Assembly: GCA_963923035.1 (NCBI GenBank)
Contig: CAWUKT010000025.1
Coordinates: forward strand, 2,163-66,162
Length of the DNA: 64,000 bases
Source: an uncultured bacterium
Lineage (GTDB): Bacteria > Bacteroidota > Bacteroidia > J057 > JADKCL01
Direction: 5' to 3'
Shown: one piece after another, positions 18,346-26,871 of the stretch
Layout of the letters: every line of letters starts with the position of its first letter
How positions within the stretch are numbered: position 1 is the first letter of the stretch
Program-made: the position numbers and the translations under genes
The notes under the pieces: model-generated
Database searches by the model: none
What the model was told of the DNA's origin: nothing
The model's input: only the letters and a program-made list of their open reading frames with translations

Positions 18346-19002
18346 TCAGGAGTAGAGACTGTCAAGGAAATCGGGGTGCTGGCGGAGAAAGTCAAGGACC
18401 TTTCTCATGCACTTGCATTTCCGGACCTTGGTGACATTTTCATTGGCGTAGCCGAGGCGAATGGCGATGGACTCCAGGCTGTATCCTTTGAAATAATATT
18501 GCCTTAGAATCTGTCCGCACTTGCCCGGCAGGCTGTCCAACAGTTGCCCCATGGTTTGGCTCCGCTCGAGGGCCAACAGGGGAAACAAAACCGAATCTTC
18601 CTCCAGTTCGTCTTTGCAATGTCCTTCCTCCAGGCGTTCCATGCCCCGGTACTTGGAGCGGCACATTTCTTTCCAACGAAACCGGCAGATTTGATACAGG
18701 TAGGTATCCAGGGCGCATTCTCCCTGGAATTTCCCCGCCCTCAACTGAACGAGAAGCCGCTCCATGCCATCCTGCACCAGGTCCCAGCTGTCCATTTCCG
18801 GCTCCGGTCCCCATACCACCCAATTCAACAGGCGGGGCCTGACCCGCGCATAGAGCTGCCGCACCGGGCGATAGCCCTCCGGTCCAGGCGTCAAAAGTGC
18901 GGCAATGATTTCGTCGTCGGAAAAGGTCCGATGGGGGGAATTCTCTCCCCAACAGTTCCTACACATGGCCCCCCTCCATTTCCATTTTCCCCAACTTCGC
19001 AT
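18346..19002 (-). CDS. RNA polymerase sigma-70 family factor (ECF-like)
   Basis: Region-2-like DLVQDGMERLLV...DTYLYQICRFRW and region-4 HTH YSLESIAIRLGYANENVTKVRKCKCMRKV. The true start may be the internal Met at 18966. Confidence 0.75.
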   Translation of the reverse strand: MRSWGKWKWRGAMCRNCWGENSPHRTFSDDEIIAALLTPGPEGYRPVRQLYARVRPRLLNWVVWGPEPEMDSWDLVQDGMERLLVQLRAGKFQGECALDTYLYQICRFRWKEMCRSKYRGMERLEEGHCKDELEEDSVLFPLLALERSQTMGQLLDSLPGKCGQILRQYYFKGYSLESIAIRLGYANENVTKVRKCKCMRKVLDFLRQHPDFLDSLYS

Positions 19003-19634
19003 CCATCGACCTTGAAACCATTTCTTGCCCCTCTGACTTCATACCTCCACGCAATTCCCATACGGAAGGAACTGCCAGCAATAACAATCCTTTCATTTGA
19101 CAATAATGTTACGGTTTAAAAAAATCCAAAAGTCGCCCGCTGATTCACAGCGGGATAAGCATTTAATCCGTTAAGCATGGAGGAATTACCTCCCAATTTT
19201 CACCGGCCGAAATCCTGCGGAGATACCCTCAGGCGCTCCCGGGCTTCCCTTCCAAAGGCAAAAAGAAAGGATGCCCATCAGGCAATAAATCATAATTGAG
19301 GTGCTTTCTCACTCATTCCACCCCTTCGGCCCTTGTTCTAAGTCTGTAAGTAGACAATGAATTGACAAAAGTTCAATTAAACTATACTCCTGACCACTAG
19401 ACTCCAAGAACGGATTTTTCGATTTGTCCGAATAATCTTCAAGATTTTTGTAATTTTTCACCAGACGCTATGGGTGACAACCCTATTACTTGTCAATACT
19501 CGTTAACTAGATCAGACGGCGAAATCAGTTTCGAATTACACTTTGCTTGCCTCATAGGTATTTTTTCAAAGAAAGAGAGAACAAAAGCAAGAACGCCTGA
19601 ACTCGATCAATTTGTCCTGAACTAACAACTGGAT

Positions 19635-21116
19635 ATGGCTCAAAAAAAACTGTTTTTATTGCTGGGGGAACTGGATGGGAAGGACCTCAAACAATTCAAT
19701 CAATTCTTGCAGTCCGGGCTGGAGCGGGTGCAGCCCCGCGAATTGAACGCCTGGAATACGTTGTATCAGCTCATAGAAGAAGCTGGTTTCAGCGCTCAGA
19801 TCGATTGGGTTGGGTTGGAAGAAAAAGGCCCTAAAATGGACCGGAGGGTGGAATCTCAATTGTCCCAACTCCTGCAAAACTACATCGAATACCAGCAATT
19901 CAGGTCCAGCCGTGGCCTCCGCCATCTCGTTCGGCTTCAGGCCTTTAACCGGGATCACCTGAAAAAATTCTTTGATCAGCTGTACAAGAAATCGGATAAG
20001 GAACTGGGCAAGAAAAACAGCCGAACTCTCCTCCTCTCCCACGCGATCCAGGAAGAACAAGCCATTTTCCAGAGCCGCAAGACCGGCCGCCAACCCCGCG
20101 AAAGCCTGGAACGCATCAATTCCTCTTTCGACAACTATTTCCTCGCCCAAAAACTCAAATACGCCTGCGCGCTCCTCACCCAGAAGGACATCTTCGCCAA
20201 CCGCGACCAGAATCCCCATTTTCCCCTGATTGACACCATCGTCGCCTACCTCACCGAAATCGAGGATACCGATCCGGCCCGCGACTACGATCCCCTCGTC
20301 TGGATGTTCCTCCAGGTCTACCGCCTCCTCAATCGGCTCCCCGAAGAGACCGACCGGGCCATGGACCGCCTGATCCAACTGCTCGACCAGCACAGCGACG
20401 ATTATACCCTCGATGAGGTCCGCGACCTCAATCAGCACGTGATCAATTATTGTATCCGGAACATCCTCACCTACAATTCCCAGCACCACATTGCCGTGCT
20501 GGCCAACCGCTACCATATCTTATTGGAAAAGGGGCTCCTGCTCAACCGGGAAGGGAAATTGTCGCCGAACCACTTCAAGAATATCTCCATGATCATGGCC
20601 CGGAACCGGGAAGCGGAATGGCTCGACCAATTCATCGAAGGCTATTCCGGTCGCCTGACGGGCCCGAAAGATACCGGTGCCCCGGAATTCGGGCGGGGCA
20701 TCCTGAAATTCTTTCAGGGCGATTACAAGACGTCCCGCAAGTACTTCGAGGACGTCCTGACCCACCACGAAGACGTGTTTTTCGGCCTGGATGCCCGCGT
20801 ATACATCACCCGCACCATTTTCTACGAGCGCAAGACCAATCCCGATTGGTGGATCGAATTGGACAAGTTCCTGGCCTCATTTCGGATGGCCATGCGGCGG
20901 CGGCGCGACCTCATTTCGGAGTTCCACATCAACAACTACCTCGAATATATCCGGGCACTGACCCAGATGAGCCGCTTGGTGGAGGTTCCGGTAAAGAAGG
21001 AGCAGTGGAAAGGGTTAATAGAATTGAAGGAGGAGCTGAAGGGACGGGAAAATGTGGGGGGAAAGGTCTGGTTGATGGAGCAATTGGAAATATTGATGGA
21101 AGAAAACAGGGCTTGA
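19635..21116 (+). CDS. Hypothetical all-helical (TPR-like) cytoplasmic protein
   Basis: 493-aa ORF with coding-like composition, no signal peptide and no motif I can name. It is divergent from the sigma factor gene across a 632-bp spacer. Confidence 0.7.
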   Translation: MAQKKLFLLLGELDGKDLKQFNQFLQSGLERVQPRELNAWNTLYQLIEEAGFSAQIDWVGLEEKGPKMDRRVESQLSQLLQNYIEYQQFRSSRGLRHLVRLQAFNRDHLKKFFDQLYKKSDKELGKKNSRTLLLSHAIQEEQAIFQSRKTGRQPRESLERINSSFDNYFLAQKLKYACALLTQKDIFANRDQNPHFPLIDTIVAYLTEIEDTDPARDYDPLVWMFLQVYRLLNRLPEETDRAMDRLIQLLDQHSDDYTLDEVRDLNQHVINYCIRNILTYNSQHHIAVLANRYHILLEKGLLLNREGKLSPNHFKNISMIMARNREAEWLDQFIEGYSGRLTGPKDTGAPEFGRGILKFFQGDYKTSRKYFEDVLTHHEDVFFGLDARVYITRTIFYERKTNPDWWIELDKFLASFRMAMRRRRDLISEFHINNYLEYIRALTQMSRLVEVPVKKEQWKGLIELKEELKGRENVGGKVWLMEQLEILMEENRA

Positions 21117-21147
21117 TCAGGTCCCTGTCTTCTTCCCAAGGGTCAGG

Positions 21148-22044
21148 CTATTTCCGTTGCAGTTGGATTTGGCGTCGGAAAATGGTGCCGTCAGCGTGTC
21201 GCAGTCCGAGGACATAGGTTCCCGGCGCCAGGTTCAGGCTCGGCGAGGTCCATTCGGTGTTGGCCGGACGCCAATGCCCGACTTGCTGGCCCTGGAGATT
21301 CCAGAGGTAAACGTCAGCCACGGGTTGGTCTCCACTTCGGATCGAAAGTTGATCGACCACGGGGTTGGGGTAGACTTCGAGCTGGCTCAGGTGTTCGTCC
21401 AAGGACTCTTCGGTGGTCGTGGAGGACCATTTGAAGGCATCGAGATTATCCTCCATCACAATCCCGCCTGCGGTCGGAATCCGCAAGCTCGCCTGGGCAT
21501 CCCCTTTGACGTAGATCTTCCCAATCAATCCATGGCCGCTGGCCGAACCACAGTTGTCTACGGACAAAATCAGGTGGATTTCATCCCGGGTGCCATTCAG
21601 CGAGGCGTTGGCAGAGACATTGGCGCCGGCCCAGCTTTCGTCGACGTCGGTCACCAGAAAGGAGCCGGAATCCAGACCGCGACTCAGTTCAAGGTCCACT
21701 TCCAGGCCGTGGAAATCCGTAAGTGAATCGGTGGACTCACCCAGATAAATCTCAATTTCCCAATCGTACGTATGCTCAGAGTCGAGCTTCTGGACCTCAG
21801 TCCGGAAGGTATAATTGCTCAGGTCATACGCAGTGGTGTCACAGGCGTCGGCGCTGGCCCAAAGGCAAATGGCCAGCAAAAACACCAGACAGATTCGTGT
21901 CACATAGCGAAAATAATTGGCGCCTCGGGGCGCACCGACCACAGTGTCGGCTTCGTACGGAAAGTTTTCCAAACTCTCAATTTTCTCGGTCAAGGCAATA
22001 GGGGTTCCTTGGGCAGGAATCGCCCCAATCAATTGTTTGTTCAC
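21148..22044 (-). CDS. Hypothetical secreted protein with T9SS C-terminal domain
   Basis: 298 aa. Hydrophobic signal/anchor (ICLVFLLAICLWASADA) and the C-terminal tail VYPNPVVDQLSIRS...GTYVLGLRHADG. Confidence 0.75.
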   Translation of the reverse strand: MNKQLIGAIPAQGTPIALTEKIESLENFPYEADTVVGAPRGANYFRYVTRICLVFLLAICLWASADACDTTAYDLSNYTFRTEVQKLDSEHTYDWEIEIYLGESTDSLTDFHGLEVDLELSRGLDSGSFLVTDVDESWAGANVSANASLNGTRDEIHLILSVDNCGSASGHGLIGKIYVKGDAQASLRIPTAGGIVMEDNLDAFKWSSTTTEESLDEHLSQLEVYPNPVVDQLSIRSGDQPVADVYLWNLQGQQVGHWRPANTEWTSPSLNLAPGTYVLGLRHADGTIFRRQIQLQRK

Positions 22045-22236
22045 GTTTTTTTGTACACTAAAATTTGAAAAAGTCGCCCTACTCTATTGTGCGCCGGGGC
22101 TTTTCGGACAACCACCCCGGGATTCGAACCACTTCTAAAGGCATTTAAAAAAGACTAAAAACCAATTTTCTGCATGCAATTCACCCTATTAGTGACTTTG
22201 GAGGGGAAAAGGTTAACGGGAACAATCAATTTTTTT

Positions 22237-22268
22237 CAAAAAAAATAAGGCCCCCATCAGGAAGCCTT
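22237..22268 (-). terminator. Intrinsic terminator after the CDGSH gene
   Basis: Stem AAGGC/GCCTT (22247-22251 / 22264-22268), followed on the minus strand by ATTTTTTTTG. Confidence 0.55.
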
Positions 22269-22298
22269 AGATAGCATGTTTTCAAACCGGGCTTTCGC

Positions 22299-22538
22299 TT
22301 ACAACTTGGAATGGGAGCCATCGCAGAATGGCTGGCCGTTCGTATGCTTGCAACCGCAGAGGTAATAGGTCTTGGCCTCCGAGATGTCGACCTTGGAGGG
22401 AACAAAATCTGAGCCCTTGTGGGAGCCATCGCACCAAGGTTGCTTGCTGCTGTTGCCACAGGTACACCACCAGTAGGTGCCGGGTTCAAGATCGACTCCG
22501 TAGGGAGCTTTTTGGGGGATGTTCGGGGAATCTGCCAT
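22299..22538 (-). CDS. CDGSH iron-sulfur domain protein (two CDGSH motifs)
   Basis: 79 aa with two copies of C-x-C-x(8)-C-D-G-S-H: CTCGNSSKQPWCDGSH and CGCKHTNGQPFCDGSH. Confidence 0.9.
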   Translation of the reverse strand: MADSPNIPQKAPYGVDLEPGTYWWCTCGNSSKQPWCDGSHKGSDFVPSKVDISEAKTYYLCGCKHTNGQPFCDGSHSKL

Positions 22539-22594
22539 GAATTTCGCTGTTAAGTCAATACCATATTCAATGTCACAACATCAGAATTCGCCAT

Positions 22595-22628
22595 TTGGTT
22601 CACTTTTCCTGCCTTTTTCCTATCTTTA
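22595..22628 (+). promoter_or_regulatory. Candidate promoter (-33 TTG, -7 TATCTTTA) for the 22658 gene
   Basis: TATCTTTA at 22621-22628 matches TAnnTTTG at 7 of 8 positions. TTG lies 23 nt upstream, and the ATG lies 29 nt downstream. Confidence 0.4.
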
Positions 22629-22657
22629 ATTGACATTCAAGCTGATCCCAACCGGTT

Positions 22658-24769
22658 ATGCGCATCATTTGCTTCCTCTTGCTCTCGGTCGTCTCCCTTT
22701 CCGGACAACCGCTTCCGGAAGCATTTCGGGCCTCAGATTTTGCCCGGACGGTAGGCCTGCGCGAACCTGTCCCCTCCCAACGCATTTGCCGGGACTTTTT
22801 TGAGGTCCTCGCCGAACACAATGTGCCTCCGCCCCCAATGGTCGAAGGTCGCTATTACATCACCAACGAAATCGACCTCGCCACCCAGCTGCTTTCTCCG
22901 GTGTACAACCGCCATGTCCTCTGGGTCCTGCATTTTCCGCCTGGCACCTACGAACTGACCCGCCAACAAGAAATTCTCTACGACAACCTCGTGATCCAGG
23001 GCGAGGGCCCTGGCCAAACCCACTTCGTGGCCAATGAAGGCATTGGCAACTGCTTCAATGTGCTGGGACGCATCGACGAGGACCAGGCTTGGGTCGTCCA
23101 CGGCCAGGACGGCCAGTCGTGGTTCCACCTCTACGAACGCCCCGAAGCGCCCGCTCCCCTATTCCCCGGCCAGTTCGTATTCCTGTCCCGTGCCGATCCC
23201 GCACCCAGTTGCAAACCCGCCAGCGTCGGGCAGATCGTTCAGTTGGGGAACCGCAACGGTCCCCAATGGAGCACCACGCATCCCCTGCGCATCGATTTCC
23301 CCTCGGCTTCCGCCCGGCTCCAACCGATGAGACCCCGCCGCAATGTGGGCTTCGAAAACTTCAGCCTGGACGCCACCGGCCGGGATTTTGAATCGGCCCG
23401 GAGCCAGGCCAGCAATTTCTCCTTCCAATACGTGGTAAATGGCTGGGTCCGCGGCGTGGAAAGCGTGAAACCGCCCTACCAGCATGTCCGCATCGACAAA
23501 TCGTCCAACATCGAAGTCTCGGGTTGCCACTTCCGGGATGCCCACCGCCACGATGGCGGCGGAGGCGGCCGTGGCTACGGAATCAATTTCCAGAATGCGG
23601 CCGGCGAATGCCTCATTGTCAACAATGTCTTCGAGCAGCTGCGGCACGCCATCGTCTTTCAATACGGCTCCAATGGCAATGCGGTCGCCTACAACTATAC
23701 CCTGAACAATGAACCCGAGGGCGACAAGGGCCTTGAGGATTTGATTTTTCACGGGGCCTACCCGTTTCGGAACCTGGTCGAGGGGAATTCGGTGGAGGAA
23801 ATCGAATTTGACCTGGCCAATGGCTGGAATGGGCCCTATAACCTGCTCTACCGGAACCACGTCCGCACCAAGGGCATTCGTTCCCAATCCAATTTGAGTA
23901 CCGGGTGCCGGAAGTGGTCCCGGACCAAATCGATTGCGGTGGTGGGCAATGTGACCGATCAATGCGTGAATTTGGCGCGGGGCGATCATTTTGAGGCGGT
24001 GAACCAGTCTTCGGGGGATCGGTGTTCCCCGGATGCGGCCCCGCAGGATTGGCCGGCCAGCTGGATGTATGATGAACGGCCGGACTTCTTTCCAGCCGGG
24101 GTGCCGTGGCCGCAGGCGGGGCCGGATTCGGAGAACCAGGACTTGAGTCCGGCGGGCTTGCGCTATTTGTCGGGCGGCGCGACGACGTATTGGGCAGGCG
24201 AGGATTGCCTGCCATGGGGTACCGGAGCTCCGTTTCGGGCGGAGGTCTATGTGGATACCTGCCGCGACAGCGGCGTGGACAGCCCCGGCAAGCTGATCCT
24301 CTGGATTCAAGGTGGCCAGGGTCCCTACGACATCCAATGGCCTCCCCAGTTGACTCCCAATGGCGATTTCTCCGCAATATTTACCGACAGCGGTCCTTAT
24401 CAAATCCAGGTCCGGGACCGGCAGGGACAAGCCCTGAACCTTACGGGCGATTTACCCGATTGCATTCCTGCTGCTTTCCCTCCCTTTTCCTCCCATTCCA
24501 GCGCCCAGATTCCCTTTTTGGCCAGCATTTTCCCGAACCCCTCCTCCGGCCCCGCTCAAATTTTCCTCTGGCTTCCCTCCCACGCCCAGCCCTCCATTGA
24601 CCTTTTTTCCTCCACCGGCCATTTCATTTCCTCCATTTCCCTGCCCCAACCCCTCGCACCCGGCCACCACCGCATTGATTTACCTACGCCTACCTTCTCA
24701 ACGGGCATCATGTACTGCCGCATCACCTGGAACGATCAGGTCGAAGTCCTGAGGATCGTCCGGCAATGA
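22658..24769 (+). CDS. Secreted right-handed beta-helix (pectate-lyase-superfamily-like) protein with T9SS C-terminal domain
   Basis: 703 aa. Signal peptide, repetitive beta-helix-like region (GGGGRGYGINFQNAAGECLIVNNVFEQLRHAIVFQYGSNGNAVAYN), and the tail IFPNPSSGPAQIFLW...MYCRITW. Confidence 0.82.
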   Translation: MRIICFLLLSVVSLSGQPLPEAFRASDFARTVGLREPVPSQRICRDFFEVLAEHNVPPPPMVEGRYYITNEIDLATQLLSPVYNRHVLWVLHFPPGTYELTRQQEILYDNLVIQGEGPGQTHFVANEGIGNCFNVLGRIDEDQAWVVHGQDGQSWFHLYERPEAPAPLFPGQFVFLSRADPAPSCKPASVGQIVQLGNRNGPQWSTTHPLRIDFPSASARLQPMRPRRNVGFENFSLDATGRDFESARSQASNFSFQYVVNGWVRGVESVKPPYQHVRIDKSSNIEVSGCHFRDAHRHDGGGGGRGYGINFQNAAGECLIVNNVFEQLRHAIVFQYGSNGNAVAYNYTLNNEPEGDKGLEDLIFHGAYPFRNLVEGNSVEEIEFDLANGWNGPYNLLYRNHVRTKGIRSQSNLSTGCRKWSRTKSIAVVGNVTDQCVNLARGDHFEAVNQSSGDRCSPDAAPQDWPASWMYDERPDFFPAGVPWPQAGPDSENQDLSPAGLRYLSGGATTYWAGEDCLPWGTGAPFRAEVYVDTCRDSGVDSPGKLILWIQGGQGPYDIQWPPQLTPNGDFSAIFTDSGPYQIQVRDRQGQALNLTGDLPDCIPAAFPPFSSHSSAQIPFLASIFPNPSSGPAQIFLWLPSHAQPSIDLFSSTGHFISSISLPQPLAPGHHRIDLPTPTFSTGIMYCRITWNDQVEVLRIVRQ

Positions 24770-24811
24770 GATGAATTTCGGAGGCGGGTAAAAATTGATG
24801 CGGAGAAGACC

Positions 24812-24819
24812 TATCTTTG
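24812..24819 (+). promoter_or_regulatory. -7 box TATCTTTG upstream of recN (and of the small ORF)
   Basis: Perfect TAnnTTTG match, identical to the tRNA-Thr box. The nearest TTG is only 14 nt upstream, which is shorter than usual. Confidence 0.45.
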
Positions 24820-24823
24820 CGGG

Positions 24824-25072
24824 GTGGGAAAAAGAAACGTTCGGATCCGCCGCCATGAACTGAAGCGGAGATTGCAGGAAATCAAAGGTGAAACCGTCCA
24901 TGTCATCATGCTGGAAGGAACGACGTATGCGGGGAAATGCATGGAGGTGAAGCCCGATGCCCTGGTCATTCGGGACGCAAATGCCCGGTGGACCAGCCTG
25001 CGCCGCCACACCCATACCCTCCCACTCTCCGACATCCTGGAAGTGATATTTGACAAAGTCACCGATTACTGA
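24824..25072 (+). CDS. Small hypothetical protein upstream of recN (start uncertain; may be 24908)
   Basis: 82-codon GTG-initiated ORF ending 2 nt before recN. The -7 box at 24812-24819 predicts a transcription start at or after the GTG, which favours the internal ATG at 24908 (54 aa) or a non-coding leader. Confidence 0.4.
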   Translation: MGKRNVRIRRHELKRRLQEIKGETVHVIMLEGTTYAGKCMEVKPDALVIRDANARWTSLRRHTHTLPLSDILEVIFDKVTDY

Positions 25073-25074
25073 AC

Positions 25075-26802
25075 ATGCTTGCCAAGCTATACATCCGCAA
25101 TTTCGCCCTGATCGAAGAACTGGAAATTCAGTTGGGGGCTGGGTTCAATATCCTGACCGGTGAGACCGGCGCCGGAAAGTCCTTGTTACTGGGTGCCATT
25201 GGGTTGATCCTCGGCCGTCGGGTGGACTATTCGATGATTTTTGATCCGGGGAAAAAATGCATTGTGGAGGCCAGTTTTGCCCACCTTCCGGTGGGCATCC
25301 GCTCCGAATTGTCGGGCCACGATGCCTTTGACCTCGAAGACGGCGACCTCGACGACCAGGGCCATCACCAGATCACCATTCGCCGCGAGGCCGCTTCCTC
25401 CGGCAAGTCCCGCGCCTTCATCAACGATACACCCGTTTCCCTGGCCATTCTGCGCGAAGTCACCTCCCTCCTCGTCGACCTGCACGGCCAGCACGAAAAC
25501 CAACGGCTGCTCTCGCCTGATTTCCAACTCCGGCTCCTCGACCAATACGCCGAAACCGCCCCCGCGGCCAAAGCATTCGGCCAATTGCTCCGCCAGGCCA
25601 ATCAACTGCGGAAAGAAATTGCCGAAATGGAACAGGAAGAGCGCAATGCCCGGGAACAGCAGGACTTTTTCCGCTTCCAATTGAAGGAGTTGAAAGATGC
25701 CCGCCTCGATCCGGAGGAAGAGGAAGGCCTGGAACAACAGCTGGAGCTGTTGCAAAATGCCGAAGAAGTCGAGCAATCCTTGTCCCAAGCCACGCAGGGC
25801 CTGTACGACGACGAAATGTCGCTCTACAACCGCCTCTCGGAGCTGCTCGCTCCCTTGGAAAATGTCGCCCACCTCGACCCGCGCATCAAGGAGCAGGTCG
25901 ATCGCCTGAACGAATTCAGCTACGGCCTCGAAGATGCCGCCCGCGAATTGACGCGCGTCAGCGACAGCATCGAAACCGATCCGGCGACCCTCCACGAAGT
26001 CGCCGAACGTGTTGACCTCCTCAACCGGCTCAAAATGAAGTATTCGGTGCGGAGCATTGCCGAATTGGTGGAAGTCCGGGACGAATACGCCGAAAAGGTG
26101 GGCCGCTTCGAATCCTTGGGACAGGACATCGCCGGTCGCCAAACCCAATTGGAAAAGATCGGAAAGCAATTGGTGCAGCAGGGAAAAGAGCTGGAGAAAA
26201 AGCGGCAGGCGGTGACGAAAAAATTGAAGGGAGAAATCGATGGGCTGCTGAAAGAAGTTGGGCTGGAAAATGCCGCCTTCGAAGTGGCTGTTGAACGCAC
26301 GCTGGATCCAAAAGGTTCCCTGACCATCGGGAAGGAAACGCTGCGCCCGACGCCGTCGGGCATCAATACGGTCGAATTTCGCATTCGAACCAATAAGGGC
26401 ATGCCCATGGGCAGCCTGAATGCCACTGCCTCAGGCGGTGAAGTGTCGCGGGTGATGCTGGCCATCAAAGCTGCCCTGGCCGCCAAGGCCGAGCTGTCCG
26501 TGCTCATCTTCGATGAAATCGACACCGGCATCAGCGGTGAAGTCGCCAACAAGGTGGGCCGCGTCATGCAGAAGCTCTCCGCCAATTACCAACTCATTGC
26601 CATCACCCACCTTCCTCAAATTGCTGGCAAGGGCCACCACCACTTCAAATTGTACAAGGAAGTCCAGGGCGAACGGACCACGTCCAGTATCCGGCCCCTG
26701 GAAGGCGATGCCCGCGTTCTGGAACTGGCCGAAATGCTCAGTGGAGAACCGCCGAGCGAATCTGCCATCCGGAATGCCCGCGAGTTGATCTCTACACAAT
26801 AA
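25075..26802 (+). CDS. recN: DNA repair protein RecN
   Basis: 575 aa. N-terminal Walker A GETGAGKS, long coiled-coil middle, and C-terminal ASGGEVSRVMLAIK signature plus VLIFDEIDTGISG. Confidence 0.95.
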   Translation: MLAKLYIRNFALIEELEIQLGAGFNILTGETGAGKSLLLGAIGLILGRRVDYSMIFDPGKKCIVEASFAHLPVGIRSELSGHDAFDLEDGDLDDQGHHQITIRREAASSGKSRAFINDTPVSLAILREVTSLLVDLHGQHENQRLLSPDFQLRLLDQYAETAPAAKAFGQLLRQANQLRKEIAEMEQEERNAREQQDFFRFQLKELKDARLDPEEEEGLEQQLELLQNAEEVEQSLSQATQGLYDDEMSLYNRLSELLAPLENVAHLDPRIKEQVDRLNEFSYGLEDAARELTRVSDSIETDPATLHEVAERVDLLNRLKMKYSVRSIAELVEVRDEYAEKVGRFESLGQDIAGRQTQLEKIGKQLVQQGKELEKKRQAVTKKLKGEIDGLLKEVGLENAAFEVAVERTLDPKGSLTIGKETLRPTPSGINTVEFRIRTNKGMPMGSLNATASGGEVSRVMLAIKAALAAKAELSVLIFDEIDTGISGEVANKVGRVMQKLSANYQLIAITHLPQIAGKGHHHFKLYKEVQGERTTSSIRPLEGDARVLELAEMLSGEPPSESAIRNARELISTQ

Positions 26803-26812
26803 AGGCGTTCCC

Positions 26813-26857
26813 AAAAAAGAAGCGGGCCAAGGATTTCACCTGGCCCGCTTCTTTTTA
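26813..26857. terminator. Bidirectional intrinsic terminator between recN and the convergent T9SS gene
   Basis: Perfect 11-bp stem GAAGCGGGCCA / TGGCCCGCTTC (26819-26829 / 26841-26851), flanked by an A-run upstream and a T-run downstream. Confidence 0.8.
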
Positions 26858-26871
26858 TTCCTATTGTTCCG

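Noticed and set aside
19177-19296. 39-codon ORF (MEELPPNFHRPKSCGDTLRRSRASLPKAKRKDAHQAINHN) in the sigma-factor spacer, as an anti-sigma peptide
   Set aside because: There is no TM segment, zinc-binding motif or other anti-sigma hallmark, and no supporting signal. I mention it only as something to test.
22112-22134. tRNA T-arm-like sequence (minus strand GGTTCGAATCCCGG), a possible tRNA gene or att-site remnant
   Set aside because: The flanking bases cannot form a T-stem (only 2 of 5 pairs), and no acceptor, D or anticodon arms can be built.
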